From Candidatus Aminicenantaceae bacterium (lineage in GTDB: Bacteria > Acidobacteriota > Aminicenantia > Aminicenantales > Aminicenantaceae): DNA of 64,000 nt. The stretch is from assembly GCA_041862375.1 (NCBI GenBank), contig JBGVTE010000065.1:2540-66539 (forward strand). Reading direction: 5' to 3'. The notes under the pieces are model-generated. The model saw only the letters and a program-made list of their open reading frames with translations. It ran no database searches and was not told the DNA's origin. Both the position numbers and the translations under genes were made by a program. Shown in pieces: positions 1 through 9,196 of this stretch. Position 1 is the stretch's first letter. Each line of letters begins with the position of its first letter.

Positions 1-9
1 GAGTCTAGC

Positions 10-222
10 ATGAGAGAGTGTAATAGCAAACAAAACATGGAGAGATGCAACTGTTCCTGGGAGCCCTGCAGCCGCAAAGGAAACTGTTGTGAATGCCTCG
101 AGTATCACTGGAGAATGGAAGAAGTTCCTGCCTGCTTTTTCCCTGATGATGTAGAAAAGACCTATGATCGTTCAATCAGAAGGTTCATCCAGACCTATAA
201 TGAAATAGGCCGTTGGTGGTAG
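10..222 (+). CDS. Small Cys-rich protein (DUF6485-like, probable metal-binding)
   Basis: 70 aa with [27 protein letters not shown], a pattern I recognise as DUF6485-like; lies 35 bp upstream of the radical SAM gene. Confidence 0.7.
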   Translation: MRECNSKQNMERCNCSWEPCSRKGNCCECLEYHWRMEEVPACFFPDDVEKTYDRSIRRFIQTYNEIGRWW

Positions 223-257
223 AGCTTTAGACTATTTGCCAGGTAGCAGAAAGTACC

Positions 258-1175
258 ATGTATATTTACGGTCCGGTTCCGTCCAGGAGGCTGGGATTTT
301 CCCTAGGAATTGATATCATTCCTTTCAAAACCTGTACATTCGATTGCATATACTGCCAGTTGGGACCGACAACAAAAAAGGCTATCCGGAGAAAGGGGTA
401 TTTGCCTTCTAAAGAAATAATATCCCAGGTTAAGAAAATTCTCGCCTCAGGCAGGCGGATTGACTACATAACATTTTCAGGTTCAGGAGAACCAACTTTA
501 AACTCAGCCATAGGGAAACTCATCCGAGAAATTAAGAAGATAACACCAATCCCTGTAGCCGTTTTAACCAATAGTTCTCTCCTCTCCCGAAGAAGCGTGA
601 GAGAAGCTCTGCTTGCCTCAGATTTGGTTGTCCCCTCGCTAGACGCAGCAATCCCGGAAGTCTTTCACAGAATAAACCGGCCTTATAACTCCCTTAAGAT
701 TGAGGACATCATAGAGGGCTTGAAAGAGTTCCGACAGGAATTCAGCGGCTCGATTTGGTTAGAGATTATGTTGGTTAAAGGAGTAAATGATTCGATTCCG
801 CACCTAAGGAAGCTGAAAAAAATCATTACAGATATAAAGCCAGATAAAGTGCAGCTTAACACTGTTATCCGTCCTCCCGCAGAAAAGTATGCTCATGCCT
901 TAAGCTTAAGGGAGCTGGAGAAAATAAAGAATATTTTTGGCAATAATTGTGAAATCATTGTTGAGTTCGACAAAGAAGGGCAGATATTACCTTCAGAAAA
1001 CCTTGAAGAATCTATTCTTTCCATGATTCAGAGAAGACCTGTGACCCTTTCTGATATTTCCTCATCGTTAGGAAAAAATCAGAGTGAAATCCTAAAATAT
1101 CTCAATTTCCTCCTTGAAAAAGGAAAAATTCAGTCCGTCATCCACAAAGACATAGAATATTACGAGCCAGCATGA
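258..1175 (+). CDS. Radical SAM protein (COG0731/Tyw1-like Fe-S oxidoreductase) with probable C-terminal winged helix
   Basis: YGPVPSRRLG N-terminus, CTFDCIYC (CxxxCxxC), SGSGEPTL motif; C-terminal ~60 aa look wHTH-like. Confidence 0.85.
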   Translation: MYIYGPVPSRRLGFSLGIDIIPFKTCTFDCIYCQLGPTTKKAIRRKGYLPSKEIISQVKKILASGRRIDYITFSGSGEPTLNSAIGKLIREIKKITPIPVAVLTNSSLLSRRSVREALLASDLVVPSLDAAIPEVFHRINRPYNSLKIEDIIEGLKEFRQEFSGSIWLEIMLVKGVNDSIPHLRKLKKIITDIKPDKVQLNTVIRPPAEKYAHALSLRELEKIKNIFGNNCEIIVEFDKEGQILPSENLEESILSMIQRRPVTLSDISSSLGKNQSEILKYLNFLLEKGKIQSVIHKDIEYYEPA

Positions 1176-1305
1176 TTAATAAGTCATGAAGAAGTAATAT
1201 ATCCCGTTAGATAGAGTGAAAATAAATGCCTGAAATGCTATTTTAAGCTTAAAAGAAAAGGATGAATAAATAAGAAGAAAAATTAAAAATGAATGAGGAC
1301 GGAAA

Positions 1306-1818
1306 ATGAAAGAAGTCGATGATTTTTCAAAGGAAGACCTCATTGATCTTTTGCAGGATGCATCAAAAAACTGGCTCTCTAATGATGGTCTCTGGTTTCG
1401 AGTTGTAGAGAATAAATTTGGCCTAGAAGCGGCAGTAGAGCTTGACAGAAAAGCCTGGGAACAGTTTACAGTAATCGAAGCAAAAAGAATAATGAAGAGA
1501 CTCAATATGGAACCTGGGGGAGGAATACCTGCACTCGCTCAAGCCCTCAAATTCAGGCTCTATGCTTACATCAATGTTCAGGAGATTAAAGAACTCAGTG
1601 ATACTCGCTGCGTTTTCCGCATGAATTCCTGCCGTGTGCAGGAAGCAAGAAAAAGGCAGGGGCTTACTGATTTTCCCTGCAAATCAGTAGGAATCGTGGA
1701 ATACAGCGGCTTTGCCAAGACTATTGATCCCCGGATTAAAACAACTTGTTTAGCCTGCCCCCCTGACCCCCATCCTCCTGATGTTTGGTGTGAGTGGGAG
1801 TTTAGGCTCGAAACTTAA
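1306..1818 (+). CDS. DUF6125-like protein (V4R/ligand-binding fold)
   Basis: W...DGLWF..VE..FG...A..LD, CRVQ.AR, PC, and C..CPPD.HP..WCEW motifs. Confidence 0.7.
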   Translation: MKEVDDFSKEDLIDLLQDASKNWLSNDGLWFRVVENKFGLEAAVELDRKAWEQFTVIEAKRIMKRLNMEPGGGIPALAQALKFRLYAYINVQEIKELSDTRCVFRMNSCRVQEARKRQGLTDFPCKSVGIVEYSGFAKTIDPRIKTTCLACPPDPHPPDVWCEWEFRLET

Positions 1819-2096
1819 CCTAAAAAAAATGAGAATTGTTCTATTTTTTCTCCTTCTCATAAATAGAACGTATACTTCTGTCTTTCAGTAATTCTCATGA
1901 TGATAGAAAAAATAGAATCTTCCCCATTTTTTCTTTAAATTTTTTTGAAATTGTGATAACTATATGATTCATCAATTTTCCCCTTTATTCTTTGATCGAG
2001 TAAGAAAATATCAGGGAAAAAGGATTAATCTAATAATAATTTCAGCAGTGAGGGCGATTCATATTTTCTAATATCTAATTAATAAAGGAGCAAAAT

Positions 2097-3077
2097 ATGT
2101 TTAATAATGCCCGGTTTAATAATACTCACTTTCCCAAAGCAAAAAAATACTGGTATAACGGGAAACTACATGATTGGTCGCAGGCCTATATTCATCCGAT
2201 GAGTCATGCCCTTCATTATGGCTGCTCTGTATTCGAAGGGATTAGGGCTTATAAAACCTTAAGGGGACCTGCAATTTTTCGCCTCCCTGAGCATATAGAC
2301 AGGTTCTTAAATTCTGCCTCTGTTATCCACATGAAAGTACCTTACAGCAAGGAGGAAATAAATAGGGCCCTTATCCTGACTTTGAGAGAGAACGAGCTTG
2401 AATCTGCCTATATTCGTCCGCTTTTGTTTTATTCTTACGGAAACCTGGGGCTTGTTCCAAAATTTTCTCCTGTTGAATTAACTATTGGTGCTTGGGAATG
2501 GGGAGCTTATCTCGGAGATAAAACTGAAAAAGGAGTTCATGTTTGCATCGTGCCCTGGAGGCGAATTCATCATTCCCAGTTGGAAATGACTGCGAAACTG
2601 GGAGGTGTATACGTCCAGTCAGCCATCTGTGGAACTGAAGCTCGTTCTCAAGGTTTTGATGAAGCAGTTTTTCTGAATCTTGAGGGAAATGTAGCTGAGG
2701 GTCCGGGAGAAAACATTTTTATTGTGAAGAAGAGCGTCCTGCACACTAATGATAAATCAGAGTCAATCCTGGAAGGAATTACTCGAGACAGCATATTAAA
2801 AATAGCCAAATACCTGGGCTATGAAACAAACATCGCACCCATAACAAAAGAAGACTTTTTCCAGGCCGATGAGGCTTTTTTTTCGGGCACAGCAGTTGAG
2901 ATCGCCCCCATCATTCGTGTTGCTGATGATTCAAACCCCCAAATGAAAAAAACTGAATACGTCATTGGCCAGGGGAAAACAGGGGAGATTACTTTACACC
3001 TGACAAGAACATACAAAGACATAGTAGCGGGGAAAGTTAAAGAATACGAACACTGGCTTACCTATGTCCTGGAGTGA
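2097..3077 (+). CDS. ilvE: Branched-chain amino acid aminotransferase (PLP class IV)
   Basis: ALHYG..VFEGIRAY, YIRP, AKLGG.Y, EGPGENIF, ILEGITR, ADEAF..GTA.EI.PI; AAGGAG RBS. Confidence 0.92.
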   Translation: MFNNARFNNTHFPKAKKYWYNGKLHDWSQAYIHPMSHALHYGCSVFEGIRAYKTLRGPAIFRLPEHIDRFLNSASVIHMKVPYSKEEINRALILTLRENELESAYIRPLLFYSYGNLGLVPKFSPVELTIGAWEWGAYLGDKTEKGVHVCIVPWRRIHHSQLEMTAKLGGVYVQSAICGTEARSQGFDEAVFLNLEGNVAEGPGENIFIVKKSVLHTNDKSESILEGITRDSILKIAKYLGYETNIAPITKEDFFQADEAFFSGTAVEIAPIIRVADDSNPQMKKTEYVIGQGKTGEITLHLTRTYKDIVAGKVKEYEHWLTYVLE

Positions 3078-3277
3078 GCTCTATTTTTCCTGTTTTCTTA
3101 CAAAATATTACGTCTCTTCTCTTATAGTTAAAAAAATTATTGAGAGGATCTTACTTTCCTTTGAAAAAATTCGGCGCTTCGGATTGCAATTGTACCAGTC
3201 ATCTAATCTATTATCCTGGAATGAAGGTTTTATTAAAATCTTTAAGAAAAAAATTGCTTTTGAAAGGATGGACACAC

Positions 3278-3736
3278 GTGGAATTCAAGTTTAAGCCAAT
3301 TGGAATAGTCCATTCACCTTTCAAGAAAAAAGAAGATATTAAAACCGAGAGATTTGCCGATCCTCGGGGATTTGAATCAGTCGAAGGAGAGCTCGAAATT
3401 TTTAAAGAATACGAAGCTGGCCTAAAGGATGTAGAGGGATTCTCTCATATCATCGTTTTGTTTGTATTCCATCAATCTGAGGGATATAAACTTCACACTA
3501 AACCTTTTCTCGACGATAAACTGAGAGGTGTTTTCTCGACACGTTCCCCAAACCGTCCGAATCCTGTTGGTTTAACAGTAGTCAGTATTAAAGAAATAAA
3601 AGGAAATATTCTCCGTGTAAAAGGAATTGACATGATTGAAGGCACTCCTGTCCTGGATATTAAGCCCTTCACTCCAAGGGATCAAAAATCTTCCGTTAAG
3701 TATGGCTGGCTGGAAGATAAAATGGAAAAAAGCTAG
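3278..3736 (+). CDS. trmO: tRNA t6A37 N6-methyltransferase TrmO/TsaA family
   Basis: F.PIG.VHSPF, GL..VEGFSHI, GVFSTRSPNRPNPVGL, D...GTPVLDIKP; start moved from the track's 3140 to GTG 3278, where family similarity begins. Confidence 0.85.
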   Translation: MEFKFKPIGIVHSPFKKKEDIKTERFADPRGFESVEGELEIFKEYEAGLKDVEGFSHIIVLFVFHQSEGYKLHTKPFLDDKLRGVFSTRSPNRPNPVGLTVVSIKEIKGNILRVKGIDMIEGTPVLDIKPFTPRDQKSSVKYGWLEDKMEKS

Positions 3737-3829
3737 CCTAGCTTTTAATCTTTGTTCTTGATATATATTTTTTTAGGTATAAAATTGGCAATCATATCAA
3801 TTCTCAAATTCAAAAAGGAGGTTTAATAA

Positions 3830-5173
3830 ATGGCAAAATTCACTTCTCTCTGCCTCAGCCTCTTCCTTCTCCTTTCTGCTCCTTTACTCTTCCCGAGTTC
3901 TAAAATCTTTCCATATGATTATAAAATTGAGGAGTTGGAGAATGGGCTGAAAATCGTATCCATTCCTCTCGATAATCCCAACATCATCTCCCATTACATC
4001 ATCATCCGCTCCGGCTCCAGAAACGAAGTAGAGCCTGGAAAATCTGGATTCGCCCATTTCTTCGAGCACATGATGTTTAAGGGCACAAAAGATCTTCCCC
4101 GTGAGAAATACGATGAATTTTTAACCTTACTGGGAGCTGGAACAAACGGCTATACAACTGATGATTATACCTGCTATTTTGTAGTCTTCGCGGGAAAAGA
4201 GAACCTCGAGGAAGTAGTAAAGGTCGAAGCTGACAGATTCATTAATCTTTATTATACCGAGGAAATGCTCAAAACCGAGGCTCCTGTAATCGAGGGAGAG
4301 TACTATGCCAGTGTTTCCAGTCCTGGGAGGCGTATTTATGAGCTCTTGAGGGACACTGCTTTTGAAAAGCACTCCTACAAACACACAACACTCGGTTATC
4401 TCAGAGACATACAAGACATGCCCAACCAGTTTGAGTATAGCCAGCTCTTTAAAAAACGCTTCTATGCTCCTGACAACACAATTCTTCTTGTAGCAGGAGA
4501 TTTTGACCATGATCAACTGATGGAATATGTCAGAAAGCACTACAGCGGCTGGGAACCATCCAATTACATACTAAAAACTCCCGAAGACCCCATTCAGACA
4601 CAAGCTAAAAGAGCACATTATGACTGGCCTACCAAGACACTTCCCAGACTTGCAATCGGTTTTCATGGGCCAGCATACTCAGATGAAAAGATTGACAAGG
4701 CTGCTCTCGACCTTCTGGCTGAAATCGCCTTTTCGAGGTCTTCTCCGCTCTACCAGAAACTTGTTATAGAAGAGCAAAAGTGTCTTACGCTCTCTGCCAG
4801 CTTTTCTGACCGCCGCGATCCCCACCTCTTGGTCTTTAGTTCTATTGTAAAAAAAGACGAGGATCTCACCTATGTAGAGAATGAAATATTTAAAGAATTA
4901 GAGAGACTCAAGGAAGAATCTGTTTCAGAAGAACACCTAGCAGATGTTAAATCCAACCTGAAATACTCCTATTCCAATACTATGGGAACGACAGATGGTG
5001 TGGCGAGTATTCTTGCACGTTATATCAACCTAGCGACAGATCCAGGAACAATGAACAAGCTTTTTAATCTCTATGAAAAAGTGACAACTGAGGATATCCG
5101 AGAGATGGCCAAGAAATATTTTAAGAAAACAAACAGCACAGTAGTCACTTTATCAGGAGGAAAAGCCCAATGA
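3830..5173 (+). CDS. M16B zinc peptidase, catalytic subunit, with signal peptide
   Basis: HFFEH (inverted HxxEH) in GFAHFFEHMMFKGT, NGYT..D.T.Y; AAGGAGG RBS. Confidence 0.92.
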   Translation: MAKFTSLCLSLFLLLSAPLLFPSSKIFPYDYKIEELENGLKIVSIPLDNPNIISHYIIIRSGSRNEVEPGKSGFAHFFEHMMFKGTKDLPREKYDEFLTLLGAGTNGYTTDDYTCYFVVFAGKENLEEVVKVEADRFINLYYTEEMLKTEAPVIEGEYYASVSSPGRRIYELLRDTAFEKHSYKHTTLGYLRDIQDMPNQFEYSQLFKKRFYAPDNTILLVAGDFDHDQLMEYVRKHYSGWEPSNYILKTPEDPIQTQAKRAHYDWPTKTLPRLAIGFHGPAYSDEKIDKAALDLLAEIAFSRSSPLYQKLVIEEQKCLTLSASFSDRRDPHLLVFSSIVKKDEDLTYVENEIFKELERLKEESVSEEHLADVKSNLKYSYSNTMGTTDGVASILARYINLATDPGTMNKLFNLYEKVTTEDIREMAKKYFKKTNSTVVTLSGGKAQ

Positions 5174-6708
5174 AAAAATTACACTATTACTCTCTTAGCA
5201 TTTTGTTATTAAGCTTGCCTTTCATTACCATGTCCTGTGGCACCAAAGCTGATCCCAATAAGCTCTCTTCGGAACTACTTCCTCTAGAGGGAAATCCTCT
5301 GGTTGGATTTAGAATCCTTCTCAAAATAGGCTCAGCAAATGATCCTGCAGGGAAAGAGGGGCTTTGCCAGCTTACTCTCAGCATGCTCGCAAATGGAGGA
5401 AGCAAGAGCCTGACATTCAAAGAAATACAAAAAAAATTCTATCCTTTGGCAGCTTCAGTTGGACTTCGAGTTGACAAAGAGATGTCTGTTTTTACGGGCC
5501 AAGTTCACTTAGATAACATCGAAAAATACTATGCGATCTTAAAAGATATGCTCCTCGATCCCGGCTTTCGCTTGGATGACTTCAACAGGATAAAAACAAA
5601 TCAAATTAACTTTTTGGAAAAAACTCTGGTCGGGAACATGGATGAACAGTTCGGAAAAGAAATCCTGAACCTGTTAATGTATGAAGGACATCCATATGGT
5701 CACCATGAGGCAGGTAATATCGAGGCTCTTGAAAAAATAACATTAGATGATGTAAAAGCCTTTTACAATGAATATTTCCTTCAGGGGAATATAACGGTAG
5801 GCCTTGTTGGCGGCTATCCAACTGAATTTCCTGATAAAGTTATGGAAGATTTCTCCTCTTTGCCAGAAGGCTTTACGCCTAAACTCGACCTGCCAGAGCA
5901 AAGACAACCTAATGGACTAGAGGTTGTTATTGCTGAGAAAAAAACACCGGCAACTGCTATATCCATGGGTTTTCCTGTTCTTCTCAGCAGGGCCAGTGAT
6001 GATTATTTCCCTCTGTGGATAGCAGGCTCACACTTTGGAGAACACAGACAACACGTTTCTCTCCTTTTCCAAAAGATTCGTGAAGAAAGAGGACAGAATT
6101 ACGGTGACTATGCCTACATAGATCACTTTATCCAGGGGAGACGCAAATATCCAGCGACAAATTATTGCCGTCAGCAACAGTACTTTTCCATCTGGATTCG
6201 TCCTCTTGTTAATTCCAATCGCCACTTTGTACTCCGTCAGGCACTTAAAGAGCTGAAAAAGCTAGTGGAAGAGGGCATTCCCAGAGAAAGATTCCAAGAA
6301 GTGCAGAAATATCTCCTCAATTATACTAAGCTCTACGCCCAGACGCTTGGTGAAAGGCTCGGCTGGCAGATTGATTCTCACTATTACGGCTACGGCGACT
6401 TTCTCGAAGAGGTCCAAAAAAAACTGCCCACTCTATCTCAAGAAGATGTGAACCGCTCTATTAAAACATATTTTAACTCTAACACAATTTACATAGCTAT
6501 CATCACCGATGATGCAGAAGCGCTGAAGAATGCACTTGTTGCAAACACTCCCTCACCAATAACCTATGCCAATCCCAATATGCCCAAGGAAATTCTGGAA
6601 GAGGATCTTGTAATCCAGACATTTCCTCTTGATGTAAGACCAGAAAATGTAAGAATAGCTCCTGCTTCAGAGTTTTTTCTGAAAGCTGGCCTGCCGAAAA
6701 CAGAATAG
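5170..6708 (+). CDS. M16B peptidase non-catalytic partner subunit (probable lipoprotein)
   Basis: GS..DP.GKEGL start without HxxEH; IREERG.NYG R/Y motif; MSCG lipobox-like; ATGA overlap with the upstream gene. Confidence 0.85.
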   Translation: MKKLHYYSLSILLLSLPFITMSCGTKADPNKLSSELLPLEGNPLVGFRILLKIGSANDPAGKEGLCQLTLSMLANGGSKSLTFKEIQKKFYPLAASVGLRVDKEMSVFTGQVHLDNIEKYYAILKDMLLDPGFRLDDFNRIKTNQINFLEKTLVGNMDEQFGKEILNLLMYEGHPYGHHEAGNIEALEKITLDDVKAFYNEYFLQGNITVGLVGGYPTEFPDKVMEDFSSLPEGFTPKLDLPEQRQPNGLEVVIAEKKTPATAISMGFPVLLSRASDDYFPLWIAGSHFGEHRQHVSLLFQKIREERGQNYGDYAYIDHFIQGRRKYPATNYCRQQQYFSIWIRPLVNSNRHFVLRQALKELKKLVEEGIPRERFQEVQKYLLNYTKLYAQTLGERLGWQIDSHYYGYGDFLEEVQKKLPTLSQEDVNRSIKTYFNSNTIYIAIITDDAEALKNALVANTPSPITYANPNMPKEILEEDLVIQTFPLDVRPENVRIAPASEFFLKAGLPKTE

Positions 6709-6850
6709 ACTAGCTTCACAAAAGACTTTGCCTAACGCTGCTTAAAGAGCTGGTTTAAATATTGACGACAGGATTAAATATAATCAGGACCTGGATAGCA
6801 AATAATCATAAAATTTAAGTTATAAAAGTTATGAAAGCCTGACCCCAAGG

Positions 6851-6879
6851 TTGACATTAGGAGAATGAATATATATTAT
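6851..6879 (+). promoter_or_regulatory. Sigma70-type promoter of the small Zn-ribbon gene
   Basis: TTGACA (6851-6856), 17-bp spacer, TATTAT (6874-6879). Confidence 0.6.
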
Positions 6880-6901
6880 TTCAAAAAAAGAGGCAAAAAG
6901 A

Positions 6902-7138
6902 GTGGAAAAACGCAAATCGTTTTCTTGTGAGGTTTGTGGGAATGAAACTGAACCTACCCGCCATGTAGAAGTGATTGCCTATTACGACAAGGTATACCAT
7001 ATATCAGAGTGGCGCGTATGCCCAAATCGTGAAGGTGAGAAAGGCTGTGGTCACTGGCAGTTGTTTTATTATGATATTAATGAGAAGTCCTTGCAGGATA
7101 AGATGCCTGAAAAAAAGACAGAAGATTCTGAAAAATAA
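6902..7138 (+). CDS. Small hypothetical Zn-ribbon-like protein
   Basis: CEVC...CPN...GCGH; GAGG RBS before GTG; own consensus promoter. Confidence 0.6.
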   Translation: MEKRKSFSCEVCGNETEPTRHVEVIAYYDKVYHISEWRVCPNREGEKGCGHWQLFYYDINEKSLQDKMPEKKTEDSEK

Positions 7139-7200
7139 CTCCTATCTCTTCCCTGACTATATAGGCTATATAACAGAAGGTTAATATCAGAGCTTAATTC

Positions 7201-8670
7201 CTAAAACTGGACAAAGATTGGGTTCGAAATTAATTTTCTGTTCTTTCTATCTCTCACATCTAAACGGTAATATATTTTTTTCCCTGGTTCAAAAATATAA
7301 TCCTGAAAATTTATACTTATGGGAGTCTTGCCGGAGAAACTTCTTAAAAGCTCTCCGTATCGAATAAGCCTGACTGTCAAATTATTTTCCCTTTCTATTC
7401 CAGAGGAAGAGATTGAAATGTTTATTGTTGGATGACCTTTAGAAACTATCTCTTCTCCCATTACCGCCTTGCGTGATGTTTCAGAAACATAAATTGAGAA
7501 TTCTTCAAGTACAAGTTGTGGTAAATCAACATTTCCCCGATAAGCATACATCCTGCCTTTTTTTAAGGCATTTAAAATGGCATTTTTTGTTTTGTTTTTT
7601 ACCAGAAATACAGTAGGAAAATTTCCTAATCTCTCCCCGGCAGAACCATCTTCATGAAAATCGGCTGAAGATATTCCCCAGACCGGACTTTTTCTCAACC
7701 CGGAGCAGTATTCTTTTAAAATCCTGTCCCATATATTGCCTGGTTCTGTAACAGTTATGGTATCTCCATACAGAGCGGCAAAGCCAGTATAACTTTTAGA
7801 CTCTACCAAGGTATGAGGGTAAGGATGAGTTTCTCTGAACACAGATCCTAATCTTCCTCGGCCTGACCTCGCTTCAGGATGATTCCAAAAAACCATTCCC
7901 CCTCGAGAGTTTACATAATCTATCAACAACTGGTAAGGCAAAATTCCTTGTGGTCCATGATACTGATCAAAGGGGGAGCTTTTAAAAAGGTGGTTATTAA
8001 AAATAAGAAGAAGAAAAAATATGAAAATGATGATTCCAGAGTATCTGATAGCTTTCCGAGCTCTTAACATAAAAAGGCCGATTATCAGGGGAATAAATAA
8101 TAGAAAAAAGCCGACAGAGATCAATGAAGTGACATACTTTGTGGAACAACCGTTGTGGAGAATTGGCAATTCTCTGTAATCCCTGGGATTTTCGAGACCC
8201 ACTATTAACAGATGCTTTTCCCAATCACAAACGGTCAGATTTTTTTTGAAATAGTTTCCTTTCCAGTAATAAAAAGGCGAAGATTCTGCACCTGGAATTA
8301 AAATCATTTCCGGATATTTCTTTGAAACTGAAGAAATCGTATTCAGGTAATTCTCAGGTTTTCCTTTATTGATTGAAGGCTTTTCCACCTTTTTTTTCAG
8401 AATATTCTGAAAGGGACGTACTCCGTATTCCAATGTCATCCTGTCATGGTCATTTATAAAAAGCACATTAAATCCTCTTTTTTTAGCCAGTTTTACAAGA
8501 TGTTCAAGCGAGTGAGCTCCGTCGCCGAAATCAGTGTGGATATCAATAAGGCCAGCGACCTGAATATATTCGTCATCAAATCCAAAACTATTTATAAGTC
8601 CCCCTACAGTAACTACAATCATAATAAGAATAAATTTTTTAATATGATTGTTCATTATACTAAGTAACAA
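7201..8670 (-). CDS. Membrane-anchored PHP-family metallophosphoesterase
   Basis: DIHTDFGDG, INDHD, GAE, NHPE and SADFH PHP metal motifs; N-terminal hydrophobic segment plus two internal TM helices. Confidence 0.75.
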   Translation of the reverse strand: MLLSIMNNHIKKFILIMIVVTVGGLINSFGFDDEYIQVAGLIDIHTDFGDGAHSLEHLVKLAKKRGFNVLFINDHDRMTLEYGVRPFQNILKKKVEKPSINKGKPENYLNTISSVSKKYPEMILIPGAESSPFYYWKGNYFKKNLTVCDWEKHLLIVGLENPRDYRELPILHNGCSTKYVTSLISVGFFLLFIPLIIGLFMLRARKAIRYSGIIIFIFFLLLIFNNHLFKSSPFDQYHGPQGILPYQLLIDYVNSRGGMVFWNHPEARSGRGRLGSVFRETHPYPHTLVESKSYTGFAALYGDTITVTEPGNIWDRILKEYCSGLRKSPVWGISSADFHEDGSAGERLGNFPTVFLVKNKTKNAILNALKKGRMYAYRGNVDLPQLVLEEFSIYVSETSRKAVMGEEIVSKGHPTINISISSSGIERENNLTVRLIRYGELLRSFSGKTPISINFQDYIFEPGKKIYYRLDVRDRKNRKLISNPIFVQF

Positions 8671-8712
8671 TTATCCTAGTATTAAAAGTTAATATTGAAA
8701 AGTTAAAATAGT

Positions 8713-9024
8713 AAGCATCTTTTTTTCCGTGATAAGGAAAGACAAGCGTGGGTATACGGTGAAGAAGGTCGTATGAAGTAAAGCTCAGGCAGTGGGTTCA
8801 AAAACACGCAACTTTTCCCCCAGCGAAGTAAAAGTTGCTCGGTTTCAGGCTTCGCTCTCCTCTCCACAGAGAGGAACCATGCCCGCTCAGCCTTCAAACG
8901 GCTTTTTACACCCACATGCCTTCGCCAAACATCTTTAGCGCTGGGGCAAAGCGAGCGTGCCTTCAAGCCGAATGCCCATCGCTTAATGACTATTTTAATT
9001 TTCATCACGGAAAAAAAGATGCTT
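8713..9024. mobile_element. MITE-like element A, 312 bp, perfect 21-bp terminal inverted repeats
   Basis: AAGCATCTTTTTTTCCGTGAT (8713-8733) is the exact reverse complement of 9004-9024; interior is visibly GC-richer than the flanks with several hairpins; partial copies elsewhere in the window. Confidence 0.75.
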
Positions 9025-9111
9025 CAGTTAAAGTATAAAATTTCAGTTGCATTAATACCATTTCTATTATATGTAAATAGCTGTAATACAAAAAGGCATG
9101 AATTTATAAAT

Positions 9112-9141
9112 TTGACTTGTTTAATATTTTTTTTATATACT
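9112..9141 (+). promoter_or_regulatory. Sigma70-type promoter for the ATPase/HD-GYP genes
   Basis: TTGACT (9112-9117), 18-bp spacer, TATACT (9136-9141). Confidence 0.55.
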
Positions 9142-9196
9142 TCTTAGTAAATCAGCTCATTGAAAGAAAATAACTAGAAGTTTTTTAAATAAAGCT

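Noticed and set aside
3064-3277. ORF 3064-3294 and the N-terminal extension of trmO from 3140
   Set aside because: Family similarity starts at GTG 3278; the upstream sequence looks intergenic
8703-9038. 101-aa (-) and 67-aa (+) ORFs across element A
   Set aside because: No transposase or other motifs and no RBS; explained by the GC-richer repeat interior
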